A stretch of 64,000 nt of DNA, from the NCBI GenBank assembly GCA_965153455.1, contig OZ234494.1:9920001-9984000 (forward strand), in the 5' to 3' direction. Positions within the stretch are counted from its first letter, which is position 1. Every line of letters starts with the position of its first letter. Both the position numbers and the translations under genes were made by a program. The stretch comes from Sphagnum compactum (Eukaryota). The notes under the pieces are model-generated. The model ran no database searches, was not told the origin of the DNA, and saw nothing but the letters and a program-made list of their open reading frames with translations. Shown piece after piece: positions 1 through 12,609 of the stretch.

Positions 1-1511
1 CAACTTTTGTGTCCATCTTTCATGTTTTTTCATGTCATGAAGACTTTCCATTTGGGCATGTGTTTGTGCATGGTTAGGATTATGTTAAAGCTCAATGTGT
101 TCTAGTTTGTCATATTTCTCAAGCCTAAGACAAATAGAATGAGAAAATGTTTTGTAATGTCCGTTGTAGTGATTGTTTTTTGGTGGCAAGTTTTTGCTAT
201 TTTGCAATTTTTTTTGGGAAAAGAAACCTTGGAAAAATGCGGGTTCCCAATGTGAGAAAACACATATGGTCCCCCACTTCCCCACTTCACTGAAAGTTGC
301 TTGTTTTGTTTTCACATGAACTTGCTCCCTTGGCTTCATTTGGTGCAAATCGTTTACATGGTTCCAAATCACAATGTATGTATCAAAGACTATGCAATTG
401 AAACAAGGGTGATAGATGTAGAGAACTTGGGGTTTAGTGTGACTTTTTTGGTCCAGCTGGAGGTCCAATAATTATCAGATCTAAAACCCAATTGCAACAT
501 GTGATGCATAAATTTTGAGCTCTCCAATTTTGCTTGCTCTATGCAGAAAGTGTTTTGAGTTGATAGCTATCACAAAGATGAAAGGGTTGGCACTTAGTTA
601 CATGACCAAAAAAAATCCTCAAAAAGAACAGAAGTAATGAAAATCATTCAGGAAAAAAAAGTCATTTGGGATTTGCAAAATGGTAAGCAAGGGATCAATC
701 CCCAAATCCCCACATATGGTGCAAGAGATTGCAAGAGCACCCCTTAGTAAGATAATATGACATTTCCACAGTTCATGGTATGGCTTTTGTATGGCTTTTG
801 TCATCAGCCAGTGTCACTAATACCAATCCAGATACCGCTCCCTCCCAACACGGTCTTCCATAAGCTGGAAATCTACATCACAACTGGGCTCCCTTTTTGT
901 GAAAATTTACCTCTGTTTGAAGAGATAAGGAGCTGAAGTCAAAACTCAAAGCAGTCCCCAAGCAGCAATACAAGGCTGTGCAGCTATAGGAAAATTTCTC
1001 AAGCTGACATAGTCAGAGTAGATGTCTGGACATCAGCTACAGGTGCCAAAGAACTTGAGAGGCTGCAGTTCTCATCTGTGACAAAATTCAGAACACAGAA
1101 GCTCCACACAATGTGTTACACTGCCTCTGCAGACTGAGATTTTAGCAGTTCAGGACTGTAGAAAAAATGAATCATTCCAAGATGCATCTCCAGCCATGAT
1201 AAATGAAATTCAAGTACAATGTCTGCTTTGTAGGCCATCAGAGCATGATCCTTGATTCTCCTCAACAGCATCTTTCTTCTGAAACCATTTGTGCAGTAGC
1301 CGGTCAGGGCATGAGGCTCAAGAAGTTATTGCAGCTACGATGAGGTGTGGACCACAGAAGAATGGATCAAGTCTGGAGACATTAATGATTGAGAAGAACT
1401 GGCACCTGAGGTTTATAATTCTAAAACACAAATCTTACAAGAACCTGTAAATGATATTCAAAAGTGGTTGTGAGGAAGTAGCTCTACCAGCATCCAAATG
1501 TGAAGAACAGA

Positions 1512-2912
1512 TCAAAAGGGTTTCAACTTTTTACAGGACTTCTTGCAAACAGGTGAGCTTGGTCTCCAAGAAAGTGAGGACTCTGTGTCTGATGAGCTCC
1601 CATCTCTTGACGGTGCTCTCACATGCTTTGAGTAGCCCCTCGCATTCTTTTGGTGACTGTTCTCTTCCTCAAATCTGGAAGGTCTTGACACTTTCTCAAC
1701 CTCTTGCTCCTGGCTAATAGATGGCAATGAGGTGGCCACTGCTATTGTATCATCAAGGAGCAAGCTGAGCACATGGTTCGAAGTCCGTGTTCCACCAGAA
1801 GGAAACAAAGTCTGAGAAGCACGGGCAAGGTCATCACTACTGCAGCCTGTCTGCTCAGGTGGGTTTGGCGACGATTGATCCCCACCTTCTTCCAGTCCCT
1901 CTCCTTCTTTTCCTGAACTCTTGTCAGATGTTACAACCGATGACCCAGGTATAACAGGTGACTGTGCACGTATCTGCACCAATCGCATCAGAGCAGCTCT
2001 ACGTAAGTCAGCTGATTGGGTTGGATCATTGGGGGAGGGTGGAAGGCGCCCTTCTCCATCAGGAATCTTGACACGGGACTGTGATGAGCACGGAAGGGGA
2101 AGAGACGGGGTATAAGGAGGAGGAGTCTGCTGCCAAGGTGCCATTTCACTAGAATAGCTGGAGGTTGAGTAAGAGGGACGCTGACTCCGGCGTAGGGAAA
2201 CATGAGAGGAGGTTGCTTCAGTACAGGAGAGTGGCATATATGGAGAGAGCTCAGATGCCACACCCATTCGGTAACCCACACTATCATCACTGTCTTCAGA
2301 CATTGGTGAATCCAGTGTTGACAACTCATCTCTGCACATTGGAATGTAAGGGCAAATATGAGGTGATAACCAGAGGGATCCATCACATCCAATGAGGGAA
2401 GAAGGAAAAAAAAAAAACAACCATCACAAATCTGATGCAGTGACCCAAACACACATCAAGCAAAAAGAAAATGGTAACAACAACACTCTGTGGGGCAAAG
2501 GTGCAGGGAGAGAGTACCCATGGCTGGGAAAAGAAGAGGCAGATCGGGAGAGTGCTCCAGCCTCAGTCTGGGCAGGGGAAACCATATTTTCTGGCAAAGG
2601 CGGTGATGCTCGTTGAGTACAAGATTCAGACTCTCCCACTTTGAGTCCATTCAAACTCGATGCCATCACCTGTGAACCTCAGTGCTTCAAGTTACAACCA
2701 CAGGCTACCCTCTAGGAGTGAACAACATGAAGTCTAGCAGAATGCACTTTTGAGATCAACCATAAAGAGCCGTGGAAGGAAGTATAGTGAACACATGAGT
2801 AACCTACCTCTGTGAGATAGCGCTTGTGAACATGGTAATTGTCATAGTAGATTTCATCCTCAACCACCCGGCTCCTTTTCCCAGTTATTGCAGAACTTGA
2901 ATCTCGACCCAT
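1512..2912 (-). CDS. Conserved uncharacterised plant protein, 3 coding exons (2912-2808, 2669-2518, 2331-1512), 358 aa
   Basis: Exons join in frame across GT-AG introns (GAG|GTAGGT...CACAG|GTG; GG|GTACTC...TGCAG|A). Motifs KRSR..EDEIYYDNYHVHKRYLTE-VMASSLNGL, SPMSEDSDD and EGRLPPSPND..SADLRRAAL match from memory a conserved Ser-rich land-plant family of unknown function. Confidence 0.8.
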
Positions 2913-5900
2913 ATTGCTGGGCAAATCTGCTCCTCTGCAATAAAAATTCATAAGCCCCAAAATATCAGAAAAATAATAACCACCACCCCTGCCTCGCTGG
3001 TTCACACACCTGCCTTCTTAAGTATTGGCAGCAAAATTCTACTGCAATCTTCCTGATTCAAAATTTCAATAAACCTTGCCATGTATCAGAATTTCACAAA
3101 CGTTCCCATGCATCAGAAATTCACAAACTTTCCAATGTTTTCAAATGAGCTGAGAGGCTGGCAATGGTTAGACAGGTCTTGAGGGATTTCGATTCCAAAT
3201 GCACAAAACAAATGTCAGTTGAGGTGAGTAATATCCTTGAGCGATCTAGATCATGAATGCACACGAAATTTCAAGCAGTTCATGGTGCTTATTATGTGTG
3301 GCTGGTAAACCTTTAACTCCTAGAGCTTGCTGGGCTAACTGCAGGTCCGACATTCGAAATGCTAGGGTCTGCCATTGTGATTTGCTTCACTTTGCACGGT
3401 GGAAGGTCTTGAACCAAGAAACAGGTTTCTGTTCAGTGATGATATTATGGTCAAATTTTCTCAACAACAGATTGCCAGACTCTCAAGAATTACTTACCTG
3501 CTGCAACTCAGATACCAAAGAAATGTATGGGGGAAATGTGCAAGATCTACAAGCTGTTTTCACAAAGCCAGTGTTCTCTGGTCTCCGAAAGAAATGCTGC
3601 TAGGTACTAGGGAGATTGCGATTTAAAAACAAGGGACCAAAAAAGGTACTATTCTCTCTCTCTTCCCCTCCCCCGGATACCACATCTGTAACATCGAAGG
3701 CAAGAAGAGGCACGGAAGGAGTTGGAAGGCAAAACGTGTACATGGAACCGAGGCGAGGCTCCGAGCGACTCATCGGCATTCTTCTTAAGCGATCGGGCAG
3801 AGGGGAAAGAGACGAATCTCTCATGGCCAACAAGCTGAGAGCATCGGTCTGCCCTCGAGGTGTTCAACGTACCTCTTGACAAAGATTGAAACACAAAACC
3901 TCACGCAACAATCGTCATCGCTGTGAGCACAGTCCGTCGTCGACGTGTGTACACTACTGCAGCGTCGTCGTCGTCCCTCTTTAGCACGTCGAGAACTCGA
4001 AACCAAAACCCTCGTAGGGAAAAAAAAACACAAGGGAAGCGTCTAAACTGTCTCATTCGGCCCTTTTCATTTACGCGCACCAAATCTTAGACAACGCCAT
4101 CGCCTTGATTGCAGAAAAAGAAAAAAGAAGACAAGATCATGACCGACCCGCAACAGAAAAAAAAAAGGAGCAAAGATCAGATCCTCCATCCCCGCTACTT
4201 ACGAAGCTCATTAAAGACTCTTCTCCGACAAAGAATCTGGAGAACAACAGCAGCAGCAGAAGAAGGAGACGTGATGGAGTCGCCATAGCCAGACTGCACG
4301 GACAGCCTTTTGACTGGGTCGGTTTTTGTCTTGGGTGGGGTCCGCGTCCGTGTGCGCTGCGGGCGCCATCGCCATCGCCACTCTCACGGACACACACAGC
4401 GACACCAACGACGGAAACACGCACCGTGTGGAGCAGTCGCAGTGTTATTTTAGGAATTTTTGTTCGTAGCCAAAATGGCGATCATTCAGAAGAAGGTGTA
4501 CAAAAAGTGGCGAAATATTCAATCTTCGACAATACTTCTATATTTTTTGCTAAAATATGTAAAGAAAAGAAGATAATAAATGTGGAAAACTTTCCTTTCT
4601 TTACCCTAACTTTTAGCGACTGAAAGAAAACCTTTGAAATCGCCTTATTTTTCGAATTTTTATTTTCGATTTTTGGCGAAATTTTGCCAGAAAAAGAAAA
4701 CAGCGAAAAAGTCAAAATTTGCGGGTTTTGGTTAGGAAAATGGTTTTGGCTCAGCATAATTGCACAGTGTTCGGTGGCTGGGTAAGGCGCAGCAAGGTTG
4801 TGCACCTGCAGAAAAGAGTGTAATAAATAGGATCTGACTGCTGCTACTCACTGTTTCTCATTGGCCCATCATAATGATTGGTGCAGGCCGTTTACTATTA
4901 CCTAGTAGTCCTGCACTTATCTGCTGTCCCAGTTTCAATTTTATGGCTAAGGTTGCAAAGAAGTAAAATAACTAAAACTTGGATGTGAAAAATTATTTTT
5001 GCAAACGAGCACCTCTGGAGATGCTGGAATCCTCGATGTTGTTCATCTCATGATTTTTGAATGAATTTTTTTTCCCAGTTGAACCTATATAGGTATAATA
5101 CATGCTAAGCCTTGATTGCCATATTGATGTGATGATTTTGGAAGGTGAAATTTTGACATTTTATAAGGTACCTATCGATCTTTTTTTTGCATCTTTTTGT
5201 TTGTAGCTACAGGTTCATGAGTTGTCTTGTGTGGTGGATCCCGCAACAACCTCAATCTCGGCCCCCACCTTAGTGTTATGTTAACTTGAATTTTTTCTTT
5301 AGGTTTTGTTATACAGAAATTTCATGGGTAGAATTATTTATTAGGCTAGTTAGTATTAACACCATTGATGGATGATTAGCTCCAAAATCTGAAACAACAT
5401 AATTAGTGGTTAATTACAAAAGTAAGTTCTTTGAGTAAATCAAAATATTAATTGGATTTTGTTTTGGGTTATGCATGTTTTGAACATTTTGGTATTAAGT
5501 GCTGAAATGTTTCACAAATTTAGAAAAATTAAAAATCATTTAATTTATGCCAAAGATGCTGCATGAAAAATTAATGTTTTCTTAAGACCCAAGTTTAAAG
5601 TTATGGCTCACATTATATGATTTAGCAACCTGAGTTTAATTTCAGATGACTAAACAACTAAACTCTCAAAATGATTGAAAAAGGCTTTGGACCACTTGGT
5701 TTCGGTTTTGAAAGGACCTTTTTATTTTGGTTTTGGTTTTTCAAAAAAATTGATGCAACCACAAGTGTGGTTCTAAAGGATCATTCACATCTTATGTTAA
5801 TTGAATTGTAACTCAATCTTAGGAAACTCAAGAAGATGTTGGGTATTCACATATTACATGTTAATTATCAAAAGGAATATGAGGTAGCAACCTTGTTGAC

Positions 5901-6699
5901 AATGCATGGTAACTCATTGTTAAGATAGATGTTTGTTATAATCTAGTCTTTTCAATTGTTTAGATTTGTAATTTACTAGTCCTTGTTATGTAAGATCATA
6001 AAAAATGTGTTCAAACAACATTGTTATCTCTTATTTCATGTCATCGTAACATCTCTAACTATGTACAAATGAAGGTGCAACACAATATTGTAGTAGTTTT
6101 TTGCGAGAAATAAACACAATGCATTTTTAAAATGTCTTAGAAAATGATGTGTAAAGTAGAGTTCTCAATTGTTTTTGAAGTTTATATATTGCGTTTAGTT
6201 TTACGAAAGTGAACAACAACAAAGCAAAGTGTGATGAAGTTGTTTAGAACCATGATTTTGAGTTTCAACAATGAAACAAATACTCAAGAACGTTAGCCTT
6301 CTTTTGCATCTTCCATCTTCAAGTGCTACTTCACCATTGATGCACTTCATTTCTTGTAAACCAATTTTGTTACATTCATGATTCTTATCCTTCAATTCAT
6401 TTCTAAAAATCAATTTTTTGCACTTACGATTATGCTTCAATCCTAAAAGAATTATGCACAAACATAAATCACATAATATAAAATTATTGTTACAAATTAG
6501 AATTGATCTCATCGCTCATTTGTTTAAGATTGTTATGTCCCAATGATGATGAAATTTCAACAAGCAAGATAAACAAAGGAAAGAATAAACAAACTCCAAA
6601 TTCAATTTCAATGAAAATCTAATCCAAGAAACTTTACCAACCAAACTAGGAGCATGCAAAACTTCATACATTCCTTGAAGCAAATAAAGGAGAGCATAT

Positions 6700-6960
6700 T
6701 GCTACTCTTGGTCAAGGAGACCCTCATGATCAATTCCAAACAACAATAACAACATCGAAAAATGTTGTTGCACATGTGTTATGAATGCCTCATACTCCCA
6801 CCATACAATGAACAAACTTGCTTGTGAAGACAAGTGGGAAGCATTGAACATGACTTCAAGAGAATTCTCAACTACATGACAAAAATGGGTCACAATGCAC
6901 CTTATCGGTCATTGGGTCTTCAAAAAAAAACAACATTGCATTTTCCTTGTCACTTTGGTT
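6700..6960 (+). pseudogene. Myb/SANT (trihelix)-like DNA-binding ORF remnant of Harbinger element
   Basis: Frameshifted translation MNASYSHHTMNKLACEDKWEA / DFKRILNYMTKMGHNAPY resembles the CxxKW...dfKki.dY pattern of trihelix/Myb-like domains. Confidence 0.55.
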
Positions 6961-8149
6961 GCCAGATGCCATGATTATTTTTTTGGGTAATACATTGATT
7001 TATTAGCCTCCTCACATTAGAAATCTAATGGATGACTTGGACAATGTATATAGACCAACAAGAAGTTTCACACTAGAACATCGAATCAACTTCAATGGAA
7101 ATAGGCATATTGAAGATTGTGATGAAACAATTAAATGTGTGAAACAATATGGACCTAATAACTTTGTAGACAACATATTGGATGTTCATGCCCCCTCACA
7201 TTAGGGGTTTTTTTTCATTTTTTTGGTATAGCCACATGGGCAACCATTCACATGAAGATCTAGCCAAATTTGGTTACATGATAGGTAGGACAATAATTTT
7301 TTTGGGTAATAATGTTGTTTGTTGAATTGCAAGAGGTTGGAACAAGTGTTTTAAAATTGGCAAACCCAATCCAAAACCCCTAATTAATCTTTTTCCAATT
7401 TTTTTCCGAAAAAACCTTTGTAAGGGTTTCAACCCCAATGTTTTCTGCATTTGGTGAAATTTCCCATCAACAAACATGACTTCCCACAAGTTGCAAAGAC
7501 ACCTTATCAACAATCTCACTTCCAACTCCATAACAAAGAGGTTCAATGCTACCCCTACAAATCTTGGCACCACTAAATTTAGGAATTCCAACTTAAATCA
7601 ACAAGAAAGGACGAGATTTTGAGTTAATTAGTAGCATAAGTGTTGAAAAACAATATTCCTCAATTCACAAAAATAGGCCAAAGGCAATGGAGAAAGGAAG
7701 TCATATACTAATTGACTCCATTGATCACCTACATGCAACAAATTAAGCTTCATCATCAAAGAAGAATGATAAAAAACACAAGAATTTATGTTGCAAAAGT
7801 AGTTGGACTATTACATGTCAAGAAGCAAGGAAGTGAACCCAATGCATATGAACTTGGTGAATGCCATTCCTAGTTTCCCAACTGTGATGAGTTTGGCTTT
7901 TGCGAACAAAAGCAATGCCAATAAAACTACAACTTTTTTACAAAACACCAACAACCATCTAATAGGCACATGTTAAAGCTTCATTCCACATAGAAGTTCA
8001 ATGAGGAAGAATAACCATTTAATATGAGTCATTTTAAAATTCCTCTTCAATCATCAAATGATGACAATATAAAAAGTATGAAAACTACATGCAATTTTCA
8101 ATTAAGCTTCAATTGGAGTTGAATAATGACATTACATTTGATAAGAACA

Positions 8150-9330
8150 AATATCATGCATGTTTGATTTGATAGAATAAATAGTAAGGGAGGAAATTCA
8201 AGCCATGTGAAAACATTTTATTACCAACCAATGTAAATGGCCAATTCCTTTAAGTAATGATATGAATCACTCTTGGCCTTCAATGCCATATTTTGTTTAC
8301 TCAATATCAATTGGATGCACATGAAATATCATTCGAAGATGTCCTTGAGGATGTCCTTGTGACTCAATGTCAACAATGCACATTGGTCATTAATGTGAGA
8401 TTTTTTTTCTAACCTCAACATGTTGTGCAAGATGTAAGAACATATGAACCATCAAAAATGAAAATCACATGGAGTTTAGACTTTCCAAGTAATTCCTTGA
8501 AAGTTTTCTTCTAAATTCCAAATGGGTTCTCTATAATAAAATGCTTGCACTTGACATGTGATTTTGATTGTAAAACAACTCAAGTAAACTTTGTTGAAAC
8601 TCCTACTTGATGAAGTTCATAATCCAATAAGAAGGTAACATTTATTATCAAGACAATTGTATAGAAGAATACCGATACATGTGCCCATGTCAATCAAACC
8701 TCCATATTGAGCTTGTTTGTATAAAGATCATTGCCACGATAATCAAGAATCATTGACAAAACCAAATAGCCCCATGTAATAGACATTTATCAAAATCTTG
8801 TTAGAATTAACAACCACTAAATAAACAATAATGTTATATCCTCTTGTTTTAAAATAATAAAAATCATTTGCATAAGTTCCTATGGGTTTTGTAATTGAAA
8901 TGTGTATACCATCAATTGCTCCTTAAACACAAGGTAAGCCACACCAACATTTAAACTACTCCATGACCGGCCACTTGCATATTGGGCACTAAATCAAATC
9001 TTAATATGAAAAATTCATGGTGTACACAAATAAAAATTCATGAAGAACTAAAACAACAATATATTTACTAATGGCAATTAATTCATAATAAATGAATAGA
9101 TTGGCACTTTAAATGAGCTTGTAAATGGAATATGCCACTTAAATTGCCTTAGGAACAACTTTAAAATATTTGATATTGCATTTGACTATCAATTTGATTG
9201 CACTTTCTCAACAATTTGGAACAATGTGGATTTGGTCAATTGAAAATTTTCTAGTCACCTCTCATCATCATATTCAATTGTGAAAAATTAGGAAAACCAA
9301 GTGATAGATCTAGGTTTTACCCAATGGAAC
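8150..9330 (-). pseudogene. PIF/Harbinger (HARBI1-like, DDE_Tnp_4) transposase remnant
   Basis: Minus strand reads WCGLPCV*GAIDGIHISITKP (GAIDG at ~8908-8922) and IIENPFGI*KKTF (~8500-8538). These match the GAIDGTH and IERAFGxLKxRF motifs of Harbinger transposases. Confidence 0.8.
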
Positions 9331-11549
9331 TTTAAAAGTTTGAAGCTAATCTAAATCAATATTCATGCAAAGGTAATGTCAATTGATATTGACGCCATTA
9401 GTGACAACAATGTAATGCACTAAATATACATGAAATCAAAAGCAATGTTTACAAGTTGATTTTTAAACTCAAAAGAACTTACAAGTTTTATTTAAAGGAA
9501 ACTCTGAAGCAACTCATTAAAGCCCACAAAAAGAAACCATAGCAAGAATTTGAAGACCATCTAAATTACTATGAAAAAAATCAAGATGAACTTACAATGG
9601 AGAAACAACAATGCAACATTGTGAACATTGAATTAATACCTTAAAAAAAAAAAAAAAACATGATATATATGCAAACCACATTCAACAAATCAAATTTACA
9701 ATGCAACAAAATAAAATTTTTAGTAAATTCAAACATCTAATGTTGTAGCATAATGCAACAAATTAATAGTAGTGATGGAGAAAAACTGTAATGTAATAAA
9801 ATGCAATAATTTGGTAATAAAAGTTGTAAAATACCAAAACAATGAGGACTAAAAACACCAAAAAAGATGAAAACAATGAAATAAACTTGCAATGTAATAA
9901 TACACAATTGAAATCAAGAACATAATAACAATAGCAAAAGAAAACAAGAAATTAGATGGAAACAAAAATGATGTTGAGCAAAAGTTGAAAACAACCAATT
10001 CAAATTTTGGACATGGAGACCTTAGAACACAAAAATGAAATTATTAACACAAATAATCTAAAGAATTATTGGACATGGAGACCCTAGAACACAAATTTAG
10101 TTAATTAATATAGGTCTAAATGTCCATTCTCAAAATTTTAAGACTTTCAATTTTAGTCCTTTAAAAACATATATTCATAAAAATTGAAGTTTAGTTTAAT
10201 TTGAATTCAAATTTTCATTACAAATAGTTGAAGATACATTTTTTTGGGTTATTTTACAAGCTTTGTGCACTTATTACATACAACTAAAAATAAAAGCTTA
10301 CATGTATTACTAAAAAAATATAACCAATTGAAAATGGGGACTTGCTTCAAATAATTTTTTTAAAAGAAAAAAGGTGGTAATTGCCCTTCATGAACTTGGA
10401 CTTGCTAATAAAAATGGGGCAATGATTGGGTTCCAAATTTGGTTCTTTAGTACGAATAGGAAGCAATTGCAAGGTCCCATTCCAATTAGTGTTCCAAGGG
10501 GATTTTGGACCAAAGTTGTGTGGTTATTGGGAACAAGAATAGACCCCTAACAATTATCAAGGTCATTTTAAAGATTCATAACCATGGTTTTCATACACTC
10601 AAAGACTTGGTCCTAGTATATAAAAGCATCTCCACAAGATGCATTAAATTGACCCTATATATCAATAATAAAGGGTCCAACCATGCTAATAAAAGCCAAC
10701 CTTGCCCCTTTAGATGACTATTTAATTTGAAATATTCTTGAAATATTCTGACAAAAATTCTTAAAAAAAATTTGTGTCTTAATTTAAAAAAAATATTATT
10801 ATGTTAAGGTTTATATTTTAATATTTTTTATATTCATTTTCAAAAAAATTCAAATCATTTTACGAGTCTTTTTTCTTTTTCAAAGCATTAGTTAAAATGC
10901 TTTAAAATTTCAATACCAAATTAAATTACTACTTAAAAATATGAACTATTAAGAAGTGGTTACAAATACTTTGGTATTTGATAGCATGGTTGCATGGACC
11001 CTAAATGTGATCTTGTCCCCACCCATAAACATTAAAATTTACAACTTTAAAACAAAAAAATCACTTACAACATACATGGAAGCCAATTATAAACATCAAC
11101 AAATTGACAATAGTCATTTGTTTTGAAGGGGTTGATTTTGACCACAACATCCCATGCAAATTTGGTGCAAAAAATGAAATTTTATGCCACACAATTCATC
11201 CATATTTTAATATGGAGCTACAATTCATGTACTACAATAAAAGTCCTTTAATCGTGTTTTTCAAAAGAATCATATAACCAACCATAAAACCACCATTGCA
11301 TTGTTGGTTCTTTCATGAAAAGCATTAGTTATTTGAAGTTTTTGAAATAACCAAGATCATAGTCATTATTTGATTTTCTTTCCTCAAAGAATTAGAATTC
11401 ACAATTCTTTGATTTTGAAATATTTTAAAACTAGGACTAATAGTTATTTATAAATTCAAATTACCACACAATAATTTTTTGCACCTCTCATTCCCTTCCT
11501 ATAGGTCTTGGGAATCAACCAAAGAACTAACCCAATTAGTATTGATATT

Positions 11550-12609
11550 TTAAATTGCGTTAACATTACTTTGGACAGGTGTTAAACGATATATTAATGT
11601 AATAGATATGCTACTAATGAATAGGCCTCCACCAATGAGATCAACCAATAGTGCAATATGATGTTTATGATTTGATGTTATTGGATAGTTCCATATGGTG
11701 TTTATTGAGTTTTGAATGTCACTAATGAACAAATTTCCTATCAATGAATCTAGACGAAGGGTCCATATCGCAGATAAATTTCCAAAAATGTTGCCCTTCT
11801 CGAGAATTAATCCATTTGAATCATTAGTTTGTAATTGAAGATTACCATATTGCTCCAATGTAAGTAGCCAAGGCCCATTATGCTTATAGTCATTAGAAGG
11901 GATAATTCCCACAAAATTGTACCATCATTTATATTCTTAGATTGCAAGGTGCAATTGTTATCCAAGGTTAAATTGAATGCATTATTTTGCAAGGATGAAC
12001 CTTCATAAATGTAATATCCCACTAGTACATATGTTCGAATAATATTTCCCCAAAGATTTAAGAATGGTGGGTAAACATTCAGAGTTGGCAGTATTGTTGC
12101 AGTATTGACGTTGAATGAAGGTGACAATCCTTGTTTGTCAAAACTTAGTGAAGGATTAGTAGTTATCACATTCTATTTTGATTTTGGATCATTATCAGTA
12201 AAGCGCTTCAACGTGCCATCGTTTTTCAAAATTACATAATAATAACACCCATATGAATTTGTGTTAGTTGCCCAAATTGCACAATTTGAAAGATTTTTGA
12301 CTTGTGCATTTAGTGCACAAGTTGCATTGTAATAACCAAATTGCCACCTGGTTGCATCAAGAGTATACAATTGGTTTCCATTATAATAATATCAGTATGC
12401 CACACTTGATGACTACTTGCTAAATTGTTGCCTTGATACAAAACTAGGTCGCAATCACCTTGCATTACCAAGTAAAAATTTGCAGTATTGAGATATTGGG
12501 TTTGATTTCCAAAAAGGGCATTTCTAACAGTCAAAATATTGGAAGCCACTACTTCCAAAATGGATGTTGTTGAAATCAAAAGGAGGAATATAAGTATTGA
12601 TCTTAACAT
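11550..12609 (-). pseudogene. Bulb-type (GNA/B-lectin) mannose-binding lectin with signal peptide, two lectin domains and a C-terminal TM segment; frameshifted
   Basis: Signal peptide MLRSILIFLLLISTTSILEVVAS. Motifs LVMQGDCDLVLY, CILLMQPGGNLVI, VILKNDGTL, LTLDNNCTL and LTLEQYGNLQL (QxDxNxVxY-type repeats) are spread over four ORFs. Hydrophobic segment IALLVDLIGGGLFISSISITLIY near the end. Confidence 0.75.

Larger units (their letters stand above)
6540..9450. mobile_element. Decayed PIF/Harbinger-like DNA transposon (convergent Myb-like and DDE transposase remnants); ends not resolved
   Basis: Two-gene Harbinger layout: + strand Myb/SANT-like remnant and - strand HARBI1-type transposase remnant. 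Many stops and frameshifts, AT-rich. Confidence 0.7.

Noticed and set aside
3600-4623. ORFs of 60-172 aa on both strands
   Set aside because: Better explained as the GC-rich leader and promoter of the 1512-2912 gene.
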